Assembly: GCA_037447605.1 (NCBI GenBank)
Contig: CM074818.1
Coordinates: 1,128,617 to 1,192,616 of the forward strand
Source: Zygnema circumcarinatum SAG 698-1b
Lineage: Eukaryota; Plantae; Zygnematophyceae
Length of the DNA: 64,000 bases
Direction of reading: 5' to 3'
Shown here: positions 26,726-37,897 of the stretch, in pieces
Layout of the letters: each line of letters starts with the position of its first letter
Numbering within the stretch: the stretch's first letter is position 1
Notes under the pieces: model-generated
Told to the model about the DNA's origin: nothing
Database searches by the model: none
Seen by the model: the letters and a program-made list of their open reading frames with translations, nothing else
Position numbers and translations under genes: made by a program

Positions 26726-27782
26726 GGAGAATGATACAGCGGCCCCACTTTTTGGATATCGACGCCCCCTTTTTGGAAAAAATGTACTTTTTTGTTTGGC
26801 TAATCACCCCCCCCTTGGATCTTTCCGGAGGAGAGATCTTGTACACAATCGGACCCCGCGCCTCGCGCGCAGGATCCGACCGTGCACCGACGTACGGCGC
26901 CGCGCATCGCGGCGTGGCCCGCGAGATGCGGCGAGCCTACAGAAACGTTGTCCTCACCTGCCCTTTTGGGGGTGAGATTGCCACGTGGCAGTCTTCCATT
27001 GGACAGCCCTGCTGCCGGTCCCCCATGCCGATACAGTGGACCCCCATAATATTTTTGCCATGGTCTCGGCAAATACTGGGCGAAAATATTGTAATTTGCA
27101 AATATAAGGTCCGTGTTACCAATAGGTGAGCGGTATTATGTTAGAGTTCATGTCTGTTCGTACGCATCGTATCGTATCGTATCGTACCGTGATTTAGATA
27201 CACGAGCTCCTATTGGTTCCGTACGTATACCGTACGACCTAGAGATTTTATTCGTACATACCGTACAGCGTAAAAGTACATCGTACAGCGTGACCCATGT
27301 TTGAAATCCGTTTCGATTAACCGATTTTGTATTGGAGAATAGGTCAGGTTAGGTTAACACCCCTAATACGTTAACATTGAGTTACCGTACAAAAAGGTGG
27401 TTTCGGCAAAATCGGGGCGAATTTCTTGGGGACGCACTGTACAGGGTGGAAAATATTATGGGGGTCCACTGTATCGGCATGGGGGACCGGCAGCAGGGCT
27501 GTCCAATGGCAGACTGCCACGTGGCAACCTCTGACCCAAACGGGTCAGGTGAGGACAACTTTTCCGTAGGCTCGCCGCATCTCGCGGGCCACGCCGCGAT
27601 GCGCGGCGCCGTACGTCGGTGCACGGTCGGATCCTGCGCGCGAGGCGCGGGGTCCAATTGACTACAAGATCTCTCCTCCGGAAAGATCCAAGGGGGGGGG
27701 GTGATTAGCCAAACAAAAAAGTACATTTTTTCCAAAAGGGGGGCGTCGATATCCAAAAAGTGGGGCCGCTGTATCATTTTCC
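26726..27782. mobile_element. Fold-back Mutator-like (MULE) element with ~300-bp inverted arms
   Basis: Ends are GGAGAATGATACAGCGGCCCC / GGGGCCGCTGTATCATTTTCC with an exact 8-bp direct repeat CGAAAATA on both sides. The arms are reverse complements (ORFs 26731+ and 27777- translate almost identically). Confidence 0.8.
27034..27471. mobile_element. Tc1/mariner-pogo-type MITE (inner), same family as 26344-27837
   Basis: TIR CAGTGGACCCCCATAATATTTT at both ends with TA flanks. The reconstructed empty site is the palindrome centre GCCGATATCGGC. Confidence 0.8.
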
Positions 27783-27864
27783 CGAAAATATTGGCTAGCG
27801 AAAATAAGAGGGGCGAAAATATTGGGGGGGTCCACTGTAATTCGTACGAATTTCAAATAGTTTA

Positions 27865-28476
27865 GGAGAATGCTACTGCACCCCCTATTTTGGTTACCCC
27901 CCCCCCCCCCATTTGAAAAACTTGCCGCCCATTTTGGTGATCCCAGCCCCCTGTTTTGGATATTTCACCCCTTATTTTTGGATATTCCACACCCCCCCCC
28001 ACCCCCCCTGTTTTGGATATTTCGGGAGGGAATCTTTTTCCCGCCCCTCCCATCCCCTCCCCTCCCCTCCCCTGCCCTGCCCTCCCTCGCCCTCCCCTCC
28101 TCTGCCCTGCCCTCCCTTGCCCTCCCCTCCTCTTCTCGGTTTGCAATGTCCATAGAAATGCTACCAACTGAGTACGAGACCCGCGATGAGCTCGTACAAG
28201 TCATCACCGAGCACTACAAGCACGAAGGAGTTCACGTCAAGATCAGCAGGCATAGCGACAAAAAACAACGACATCTTGAGATCAATGCAAATCTCCTTTT
28301 CTTTTGTTGCACAATTTGGAAGTCAGTAGTGAAAAGGAAAAAAAAAGGGGTGGGATATCCAGCATAGGGGGTGAAATATCCAAAACGGGCGGGGGGTGGG
28401 ATAACCAAAATGGGCAGGCAAAATTTTCAAAAAGGGGGGTATAATAACCAAAACAGGGCGTGCGGTATCATTCTCC
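27865..28476 (+). mobile_element. Internally deleted MULE retaining a probable transposase 5' fragment
   Basis: TIR GGAGAATG(C/A)TAC(T/C)GCAC with subterminal TTGGATAT motifs. The internal ORF from 28146 (MSIEMLPTEYETRDELVQVITEHYKHEGVHVKISRHSDKK) resembles the N-terminal FAR1/WRKY-GCM1-like DNA-binding region of Mutator transposases. The TSD is not clean. Confidence 0.6.
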
Positions 28477-29713
28477 TAATTTTAAAGGTTTAAAATATCT
28501 GGTTTGAAAACCAAAGTTCACCAAAAGTTTTAATATTCTGTTCAGCCGGCCATCCCTATTTGGTAGCATGCGCATGTCGCCAATGATCCATGATGTGATG
28601 TCACGCCGCCTGCCACGCATCCATCCATCCATCGACGCTGCCCCCCCTTCCGGGCAGCGTACCCCTCAAGTTCCCTCCCGTTCCGTTCACGCGGCCGGCG
28701 GCAGGAAGTAGGACAGCCACTCGACGGCCGGACGAAGGCACTGTGGTGGCCATGGCATGGCATGAGGGCATGGCATGGCGGGGCAGGGCATGGCATGACA
28801 TGGCATGACATGGCATGGCACGGCATGGTTGGCCATGCCCCCATGCGTCAATTCCGACGGACCTGTCGCCGTCCGACGCCACGCCAGTGACGCCACGCCG
28901 TGGTCCCGCCCGCCCGCCCGTCCGCCCGCCTGTAGCCGACCGGCCGTACGGCGGGCGTTGGAAAGTTCGTCCGCACGTCTCCGTACAACAGTACGACACG
29001 TAAAAATACGAAAGTACGGCCAGATTGCTGGTTCGCACAGTTTCTGTACGAAAACATTCTGCCCTCTAGCGCTTTTCGTACGGACGAATCGTGAGTCGCA
29101 TCACTCCGTGACTGGAGCGCCGACGCCCCCAAGCGGCAGCTTTGTCGTGACATAGCGCGTCGGTCCAAACATCGCCGAGACGGCCGGGCGGGTTCATTTG
29201 GCGTTACGCTTTTACTGTACGAACTCAACTAAATAGTCGGTGCTATACAGCACTAAATTCCAAAATAAATGTACGGCCATCTAGCACCAGCTCATGTAAC
29301 GACAAATAATCACCGACAAACCGTACAACGCCGTCTGGCGGCCGGTGGCGGGGCCGGGCGGACAGCCTACTCGAGGCGCTATTTCAAAATGTCAACCATG
29401 ATGAATGATGGCGGGCATGCCATGGCATGGAGGGGCATGGCACGGCACGGCCCTTCTGCTGTCCGATCCGACCGCTGCAGTTTTTCCACCGTTCGATGGG
29501 CCCAGCCGTGACGGCGCCGGCGCCGGGTCCCCTGGGGACCGCGTCGGTTCGCACGTGCGCAGATATCCACCGGTCCGCCATATTCGCGGGCGAGTGTGGG
29601 CGCGCCACGTCGCCACGTGACAGGCGTGACGGGACCCGCCGGGGGGCGGGCGGGAGGCAGCGTCTCGCAGTCGCCTCAGACGCCTCTCCTCGCCCGCCCG
29701 CCCGCTCCAAGCC

Positions 29714-31269
29714 ATGGCGCCCCAGCCGGTACGTAGCGCCGCCTCTTGGGGGTCCCCGCGGCGGGAGGATGGCAGGGGAGGACTGCTGCAAGGCCGCCCG
29801 AGGAGTGAGAACTCAGAAGTACTGAGGCTCTGCGCTGGCTTTGCGTTCCGTGTGCAGGACATGGAGGAGGACTTGGCCGGAAGCTCCGCGGCATGCAGTC
29901 TGTACGATGAGCTCCTCTCGATGGGCTTTTCGGAGGACCTCTGCTCGAGAGCAGCGAAAACATACGGTGCCTCTTCTCCCCTCCCTCTTCTCCCATCGCT
30001 GCCCGTTCCATGGTCCCCGCGACTCCTCCGCCTCCAGTGCATCGTCAACGCTTTGCAGCTGATTGCCTGCGGGCAAGTGTCAGATGCCGGAGGGAGTGCT
30101 CTCGTTCGTCGCAGGTCCGTGGTGGAGCGCTGCTTTGCGGCCTCTGACGTGTGATCGGGGGGGCACTGTGGCGGGCCGCAGGAGCAGAGCAGCTGCAGGC
30201 TGCGGTGGGCTGGGCTCTCACAGAGGCCGCCTTGGCGTCGCCGTCGTGTACGGACAAGTCCTTCACGTCGAGCGTCGGCTCCCCTGCACGGAGTCAGAGT
30301 AGCTCCGGCTCCGAGAGGAGTTGGGAGGTGAGGGGCTGTCCCTGTTCTGGGACTCCGCAGTTTGCGACCGGCATGCATCCACGATACTTGGGATGCTTGC
30401 TTATGTTTTTTCCGGAAATCCTGCACGTTAGGGTCATGCTCGAGCATTCTTAGTCTTCCTCGAGAATGGTAGCGTGCTCTGAAGAGATGCGAGCATGCCG
30501 AGCATCTCTGAGAGTCTGAACGCTGTCGGGGGTGAGTGCGCAGGCGGGCAGTCAGTCCGACCCGGACGTGGCCGCGCTGCTGCTGGCCGACCTGGAGGAC
30601 CTGACGGGGCCCTCGGAGTACTCCCTCCTCTTCTCGCGCGCCATCATGGACAAGAGGACCAGGCGCGCACCTCATGTGCCGGTTTACAGCGGCTTCCAGG
30701 TACAGCGGCCTCCTTGTTGCAGTCCTCACAGTCTCTCTCGGTGTCTGCCACCTTGAAGCTCTGAAAGAAACTCTGGATTGCACCCGTGCTAGCGCTGGTA
30801 GTGATTATCGCGGTCGCCACGAGTTGCTGAGCAGGAGAACGACGAGAAGGAGGAGGCGGATGACATGCAGCTGCAGCTGCTGTACTTGCGCGCCCCTCAG
30901 GAGAGCCACTCGGTCGTGTTCCGGCGCGCCGCGGAAGAGCGCAGGGGGGGAGGCAGGCGGCCCTCGCCTCTCCCATTGTCGGACCCCTCCCCCGCCCCCG
31001 CCCCCCCCAGCCCGACCCCCTCCAGGCGCGACCCGGAGTCTCCTCAGCCGCTGACTCCGGTACGCACACACCTTTTCCGGCCGGCTTGGCCTCTCGGCAG
31101 ACAGCATGCATGTGCCCCCATCTCTGCTGCAGTTAAGGGAATTCCCCCCTTGCCCGCTGCCCCATAGCATGGTTGTGACAGGGAAGGTGGCTGAATGTGG
31201 TTGCAGAAGTCCAAAACCCAGACGGTCTTCTCACGCATGCGCTGGCCGGGGAAGAAGACACCCGTCTAA
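29714..31269 (+). CDS. Hypothetical protein with an N-terminal UBA-like domain
   Basis: Frame-consistent spliced model: MAPQP|DMEED...LYDELLSMGFSEDLCSRAAKTY|GAEQLQAAVGWAL (UBA MGF motif and helix 3)...|AGSQSDPDV...VYSGFQ|ENDEKEE...PQPLTP|KSKTQTVFSRMRWPGKKTPV*. Confidence 0.65.
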
Positions 31270-32639
31270 ACTTGACCCTCCCTTTCAATTCTTTTAAGTA
31301 TATGCTCGCGGGTATACGAGATGTTTATCAGGCAAACACACATAAAGGGTGTTTCTGCCGAACAAAGGAAGCGATGTACAATAACGCGTCTATGGAGATA
31401 TCGCGAGGGGATTTGCACATGTTTGCCGTCAAATCCCTTGAAAGCTCCATACAATAAGGGCCTCCGCATGCAGTGCCCCTGGACTGCGTGTCCAGTGTCG
31501 CTGTGGCCCGCGCTCATAATAAGGCCCCGAGGCAGTCGGCCTGCAGGCAGGCAGGCAGCCACCCGCAGCTCATTCTGGAGGCCATGGCGGCGCCTCTCGG
31601 TGCCTGCCTGGCAGACGAGGGGAGGGGTAGCACTCGAGGTAGCTTTTGGTTTTGAGAGAGGATAGACTGGGATTAGGTTGTGACTAGGGTGACTGGTTGT
31701 TACAGAGGAGTTATCTGAGTCTCTGTGCTACAATGCAAACCTTATTTAGTAAGTAATCCTTATTTAGTAAGTCGATGTGCAGGTTTTGGTTTTCTGATAC
31801 TATTCGTGTCAAATAAGCGATGAGAGATTTGATTCTTGGTGACCGTTCTGAACACAAGTGAATTGACGCAGCGATGATGGGTGTGCCGACCTCATGAGTG
31901 ATTACTGGTTATGAGGAATACGGGGTGCCTCTACTATTGTGGCCGAAGCAGGCGTGTGTCCGATTTGGTGAAGAACTAAATTTAACCAAAACCTCGTCAC
32001 ATCGTACTAAAATTCGTCCCACTCATACATGTATTTGAAATAAAATGTAAAAAGTAAAGGTAAAAGTGAAATGCAATTGTTAGCCGATGCATGCACGACT
32101 GGGCACTCTGCTGCCTGAACCCTAATATGGCAGTTGCTCGCGGCGAGAGACTGCGTGCTCACTCGTTGCTGCTGCCGCTGCATTTGGTGCGGGCGGGAGC
32201 GGTCTGCCTGGGAGAGAGACCCTCTCTGCGCGTCCTTGCTGACGTGCACCCACTCACTGTCCGTTGCCCTTCTTCCACCGTTGATGATCCGACAGAGCGT
32301 AGTGCAGCCAGCCAGCCCTGCACGCATGGCTGCCCTCCCTCGACTGCAGAGCGGGCGAACGCAACTCACTGGTTCATCGCAAATAATGTAGAAAAGATCA
32401 CAATAGTAGCCCGCTCGCTCGCAGCCCCAAGTCCCCAACCCTCCCTCCCTCCCTCCCTCCCTCCCGTTCTGAACCAGAGTCAGAGCCAGAGCCGTACTGA
32501 GCCAGAGCGAGCGCCTCCCTCCCTCCCGTCCTCGGGCGGCACAAACGCTTGCTGGAGGCCCGCACGTGCGAGCGCGGGCGCTCCCGCACTGCGCGTCGGA
32601 CTCCGGCAGGGCGCGGAGCAGGCCCCGCCCCGCCCCGCC

Positions 32640-35600
32640 ATGGCAGCTGCTGCCGGGCCGCTGCTGTGCCTGCACCCCGCCGCCATGGCAGGCCCTGCAG
32701 CCTGGCACACTTGCGCAGCGGTAGGAGGCGGACCTTGTTCGAGCATGCCCGCATGCTGCTCGTCCCAAATTCGTGCTGCATTAGCACCGCTTTCTTCGAA
32801 TGAGAGCACTTCTTCTTGAAGCCATTCTGCGGATTCAGTTCTGCATGCAGAATGTCGAGAAATTGGTTCTAGAAATTGGTGGGAAGAAGGAAAGAACGCG
32901 AGGGTCGGGCGGTGGAACTGATCCATTTTGTTAGAATGCTGCTTTGAATTGCAGGGACCCTTCAAATTCGGTCAACACAAATGTCTCTCCGGCAGTTTTT
33001 TGACAAGAAAAGGACCTTCACGTGTGGACGCTATTGCGGCAAAGAATTCAAGGAGGTGAGAATGCAGTGCTTGTGCAGTGCAGCTTTGCTTTACTTTACT
33101 TGACAGCATTATGCAAATTCCGAAAGAGTTTCTTTATAAATGTGTTCTAAAGTGTTATAGAACTATTAAATGTTCAAATTAACATCAGAAGTGTTAATTT
33201 GAGATTTGAAACCTCTTTCGTTTCTTGTACGCACCTTTAACACTAAAGACATTATTTTAGTCTGTACATAGTGAAGAATTTGGCAGGAAATTTCTGTCTT
33301 CCTGATCAACCGCTTGTGTCACCTAACATTCACACAAAGCTGGTCCTGAATGCAACACTATAGTCCAGCTTTTGTCACAATTTAAGGAAGAGGCCCTTGT
33401 CTTTCTTAATTCCTTGAAGATGCTGATTAATGTCACAAGCGTGTTCTCTGAAGTTTCATCTGCATGTCTCCCTCGTGCTAATTCCTTGCTGTACACTCTT
33501 CGACAAAATCTCCATCGTCTGCCTGGCAATGAATGTATCAAGTAGAGAAGAATGTACAATTTATTTTGGCGTACTGCTAAGCGTCTGTGCAACCCAAAGT
33601 TGATTATTAAGTTAAGTTGACCCATTGCACCTCTGCTGGGTTGCAGGCTCGGCGGGATGCTCTCTGGTGGTGGAGTGCGCGCTCAGCAAAGACGTATTGC
33701 GCATCTGCATGCACAAAAAGAAGGCTCTCTTCTTGTTCCGCAACTTGACGACAAACTTGGCAACCGGCGGTCGATCGTAACATTTCTGCAGTCGCCTGCT
33801 GGAAGGCAGTCGATGCTCAACACAAAGGCTCTTGAAAAGGTATGGCCAAATTCTTTTCCATTTAGAAAAGAATCATTGCCAGTCACATTGTTGGAGTTTT
33901 TCAGGGGACAAACGCGTGCGATGTGCCGAATGCCCCCTCTCTGTATCGGATGTGCACTGATGGATATACGTCTCGCATATCTGCGAGGATCTGAACGATT
34001 GGTGAACGGGAAGCAAGTCAGTAAGATTGAGTTGATGCTGACAAGCTGCAGCAATGTCCTTTCCCTGGTGACAAGTAAAATCACCAAAGTTAACCCCAAC
34101 GGCTGCTCATTACATTTGCAGTATGCATATCAGGTATAGTTTGAACGATGAACATCTTGGGGAGGAAATGAGTATGACGGGGCAGTGCAAGTGGGGGGGA
34201 TCTGTGTGCAGATGGAGCAACTTGATTCCGATACATTCAGGTAAGCTCTTCCTGTGGCTTGTGCATAGACTATCTTTCGAACTTGTGAGCTGTGGCTTGT
34301 GCTTCAAGCCTGTACTTCCGTGAAAATGTTTTGTGAGTGCGAGCATTGCTTGAATTGATGTTTGCACAAGTGAATGGGTGCAGGTGCTACCTTCCCAGTT
34401 TGGAGTGGCTGAACTTCCGTTTGTCCCCTGTAGTGGACCTCCGAGTGGTGGCCGGCAGCGCTGAGTGCGTGGTGGAGCTACTCTCATGTCGAGTATGTGA
34501 ACTGAAGGGCAAAGCATGGGAAGGGCAGAGCTCAAGTTTGCACTAGGCAACTGAGTTCATTGGACGGAACGCATGTTTTTTAGAAAATCAAACCACGGTT
34601 ATATGTGAGAACAGGCTAGGGCTTGTTTGTGCCTATCAAGAGTGCTTCCACGAACCGGGAAGACTGAGCAATTAGAGAGAGCTTGTGGATTGCATGAATT
34701 TGGAGCACAATTGACACTTGCAATAGTGTATTTGGAGTCTAAATATATGGCGTGTACGATAACATTCTGTAAAGAAATGTAGGGCAGAAGCTGAAACTGG
34801 AACCATCCTCAGCAGACCTTTTCCAGGAGATGTCTAGACTTCAACTTTGTGAGGTCATTCGTGCATTGCATGGTAATCTCGTATCTCTGTGCTGCTTGTT
34901 GTGTGTGCAGTTTGAAGGGCTCGGGCTCCTCGGGGAGCAGAGTCCGCGCTTTGCAGGTGAGGGATAGGGACGAGGTGCATGCTCTCCTTGCAGATGCTTT
35001 TGGAAATTGAAAATTGGAAACGATTCTGAGAACGAACGTAAGCACAAGACAGGCAGTTCCAACGTCCAACTGGAGGAGATGGATGCATGGCACAGTTGTG
35101 GCGACAAATTCTTGCCATGCTCCAAGTTGTTGCTCAAAGGGGCTGTGAGATTTGGCGGGTGAAGCTAGTCTGAGGAATCGCCTAACGTGGAGTGATGAAG
35201 CAGAAACTCAGACACTTATCCACTCATCTGTGGACATGTATGTGGACCTTGAGGTGAGTCTGTCTCCATTTTGCCTGTTACGTAGCATGTAAACCTTCTA
35301 TTGGGGTGCAGGGCGTGAAGGGGCAGTGGGTTCATGACTGAACTTCATCCTGCATGGAGGTTGAACCCACATGAATTCTGATTTGTTTGGTTGGTTTGAG
35401 ATTGAATCTGTTGCCCGATCGAAGCTTTCTTTACCATGATTGACATGACCCAATTGAGATCTGAAGAAGTGTTTGCTTGAAGCACTTATATGCGTTTCAA
35501 AAATCATGTTTTCCAGGGGATCGTGAATGTGTCCAATGTAGTCACATGCTTTGCCAAACTGAACAGCCGAAATCCTGCTGTTTGCCATGTCAGTTATCCC

Positions 35601-36638
35601 GAACACAAAGTGATGGCTGAGATGTCAATAAGCTTGGCTAAGTCTCTCATTGGCCTGGTTGAGGAAGAAATTGCTATCTTGACAAGCGCTCTAATTTTTC
35701 AGCTTAGCCAGAGGTGGCCTGAAACATCAATGTCTTCTGTACAGATTGCCTGCATTCCCTCTGGAAATGATTACTAGCTGGAGGGCTTTGAAATTGCTGT
35801 TTACCGTGTTTACAGCGAAATCCCGTTTCATCGCGCAATGCACTTTTGGCCTGCGGTGAAATTGTGGCCGATATTTGCGCATATGCGCTGTTTGCATGTC
35901 TGCATTCAGATGCTCTGCGTCCCTGGGATGGGGACTGTAAAGACATTTTAACCTTCAGTTCTACAGGCGTGCTTAGGCATGTCTCAAAGGACCCTGAGCA
36001 TCGGAAGTAAATCTTCACACTCTGGCTGAGAATGTGGGGGTGTAATGCACTACAAAGTGATGTAACAGAAACTAATCAGAATTGAGAGTTAACTGTGTTC
36101 TAAGTCAAGGAGGAATTTAACTTGATTACAACCCCTTGACACCTGCAGGCCGGCTAAAGTGTGCTTCTGTAAATGGCGGCATGGGGGTGCCAGGTGTACA
36201 CAGTGCCGTTCACTCTTCTGCCGTTGTCTGCTGTGGAGGTGCCCGGCAGTGGGTGAGTTATAATTCACTCTTCCTGTTACTGCAGCCTTTTGTGAAACAT
36301 TCGTCTCCTACCAGAAAGAGCGGAGGAAAGCAGAGTCAGGAGTAAAGGGTTCCTTAGGCCAATGCAAGTGTGAGCTGTTACCCGTCATGATGAAAGCAAA
36401 GGTATGCATTTTTTACCAGTCCGAAGGTTTCTCAACACTTCCTCAATCTTGAGGATTTGCTTTGTGGGTCTGCGGAGGGGTCATCAACAGGGTGTTGCAG
36501 GCAATGCTTGAGAGACTCGTCCCCTTATTTCTCGAGCACCTGCTCGAAGATTATCGCGGCTGGTTGCACTCCGACCTCGCGCAGACAATTCTGCTCTCAG
36601 AGGAGATGCATCCGGCGGCTTCCTATTCAGAACGTTGA
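32640..36638 (+). CDS. DUF1997 (START/SRPBCC-like) protein, probably plastid-targeted
   Basis: Transit-peptide-like N-terminus, then TFLQSPAGRQSMLNTKALEK, RCYLPSLEWLNFRLSPVVDLRV...CVVELLSCR|FEGLGLLGEQSPRF|..LRNRLTW...VDLE|VYTVPFTLLPLSAVEVPG|VLQAMLERLVPLFLEHLLEDYRGW...ER*. This matches plant DUF1997 proteins as recalled. Confidence 0.8.
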
Positions 36639-37897
36639 CAACACCTTGTTATCACTCCGAGTGCCTGCTGTAGCCACAAGAGGAGCATGCGTGCCAAGTT
36701 CTGAAGGCCTCGTCCGAAGGACGAATGAGCCAATGCTGAGAATTTTGCCCCTTCGCATGTGTTTTCTATAGATGAGCTGCTTCTCATCGGCAACGGCATT
36801 ACATATTGATTGGTTGATTTCTCGGTGGAGGACTCAGCGGCAGTTCAGGCGAAGGCTGAGCTCCCTCTGCAGTCAGCGGTGAGGAGGGCTTCGCAGTCTG
36901 AGGAGACTCGTGCTCGCCCCAGCGCCGCGTTATGTTGGGTTATGCTTAGCAGGAAATGGTGTGAAGTGCCAAAGCTCACAAAACGGAGTGGAGTGAACCA
37001 AACTACTGCCGTTTAAAATGCTCGGCAGCAGGCATCAATTATGCAATGCTGCATCTGCTTCATTGTGAGGTCACGGCCTGTCCTTGATGTGATGCCGAAG
37101 TGATGACGAAATGTCTGCCTGAGTGTTCAATGGGCTTCCATTTGGAAGAAAAAGCCGATCATGAAGTCTGTCTCGTCCAGAAAAAGCGAACTCCCCGACA
37201 GTGCTCGTCGGATTCTTGACATGCAGTCCCCGACTCCTTGGTCGCCCAGATGGTGCTGAAAGCGTTTGCTGTCCCCACAAACATGCGAGTCCTTGGGAGT
37301 GCAGACCTTGCCGACCTAACTGCGACTCTCCGGCCTTTGCTTCCAACTATTGGAGGTCCAATAATTGCCATCAAATGGTTGTCCATTCGGTCTCCTTCGG
37401 CCTAAGCAGAAACCTAAATCCCAAATGAAATGGCGAATCACCTCCGATTGGAATGCCCTCTCCCATTCTTTCCTTGTCCTCTCTCTCCCTCCCTCTCCTT
37501 ATCCCTATCCCCCTCTCCCTGGCTCTCCCTACCTCTCCCTCCCTCTCCCTATCCCCCTCTCCCTGCCCCTCCCTGCCTCTCCCTCCCTCTCCCTCCCTCT
37601 CACCCGCCCCAGCGGATCTCTACCTCGGACCCCGCAGCCTCGTCTTCACTAGTTGCCTTCCAGGGCCCTCCCTCCGTCTCCTTCGCCCCCTGCGCGGGCG
37701 GCGTCTGCTCGCGCCCACGAGCGGGGCCACCAACGCCGACCGCGACTGCGCCAAACATGTGACCAGGCGCCGCGAGAGGAGAGAGGGGCGGAGGGAGGAG
37801 AGGGCGCGAGGGCGGAGGGAGAGGGAGACCCGTTGGCCTCCCCTCGCAGCTGCCTCCTCGCGCATGGCCGCCGCGCCGCAGCTGTCGCTTCGCAGCC

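Larger units (their letters stand above)
26344..27837. mobile_element. Tc1/mariner-pogo-type MITE (outer), TA-flanked
   Basis: TIR CAGT(A/G)GACCCCCCCAATATTTTCGCC at both ends with TA on each side. It contains a 9-bp (ACGGCTAGT)-like tandem at 26557-26667. Confidence 0.8.
26105..28558. mobile_element. Non-autonomous hAT-type element hosting nested insertions
   Basis: Terminal inverted repeat TAGGGATGGCCG...CGGCCATCCCTA (Ac-like TAGGGATG start). The 8-bp flanks are TTTGATAG and TTTGGTAG (7/8 match, consistent with a TSD). Confidence 0.75.

Noticed and set aside
26731-27777. Two near-identical ORFs on opposite strands (MIQRPHFLDIDAP...)
   Set aside because: They are the two arms of the fold-back MULE translated in mirror image; there is no evidence of a protein-coding gene.
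37071-37865. Possible small gene divergent from FKBP20-1
   Set aside because: No frame-consistent exon chain or recognisable motif could be assembled.
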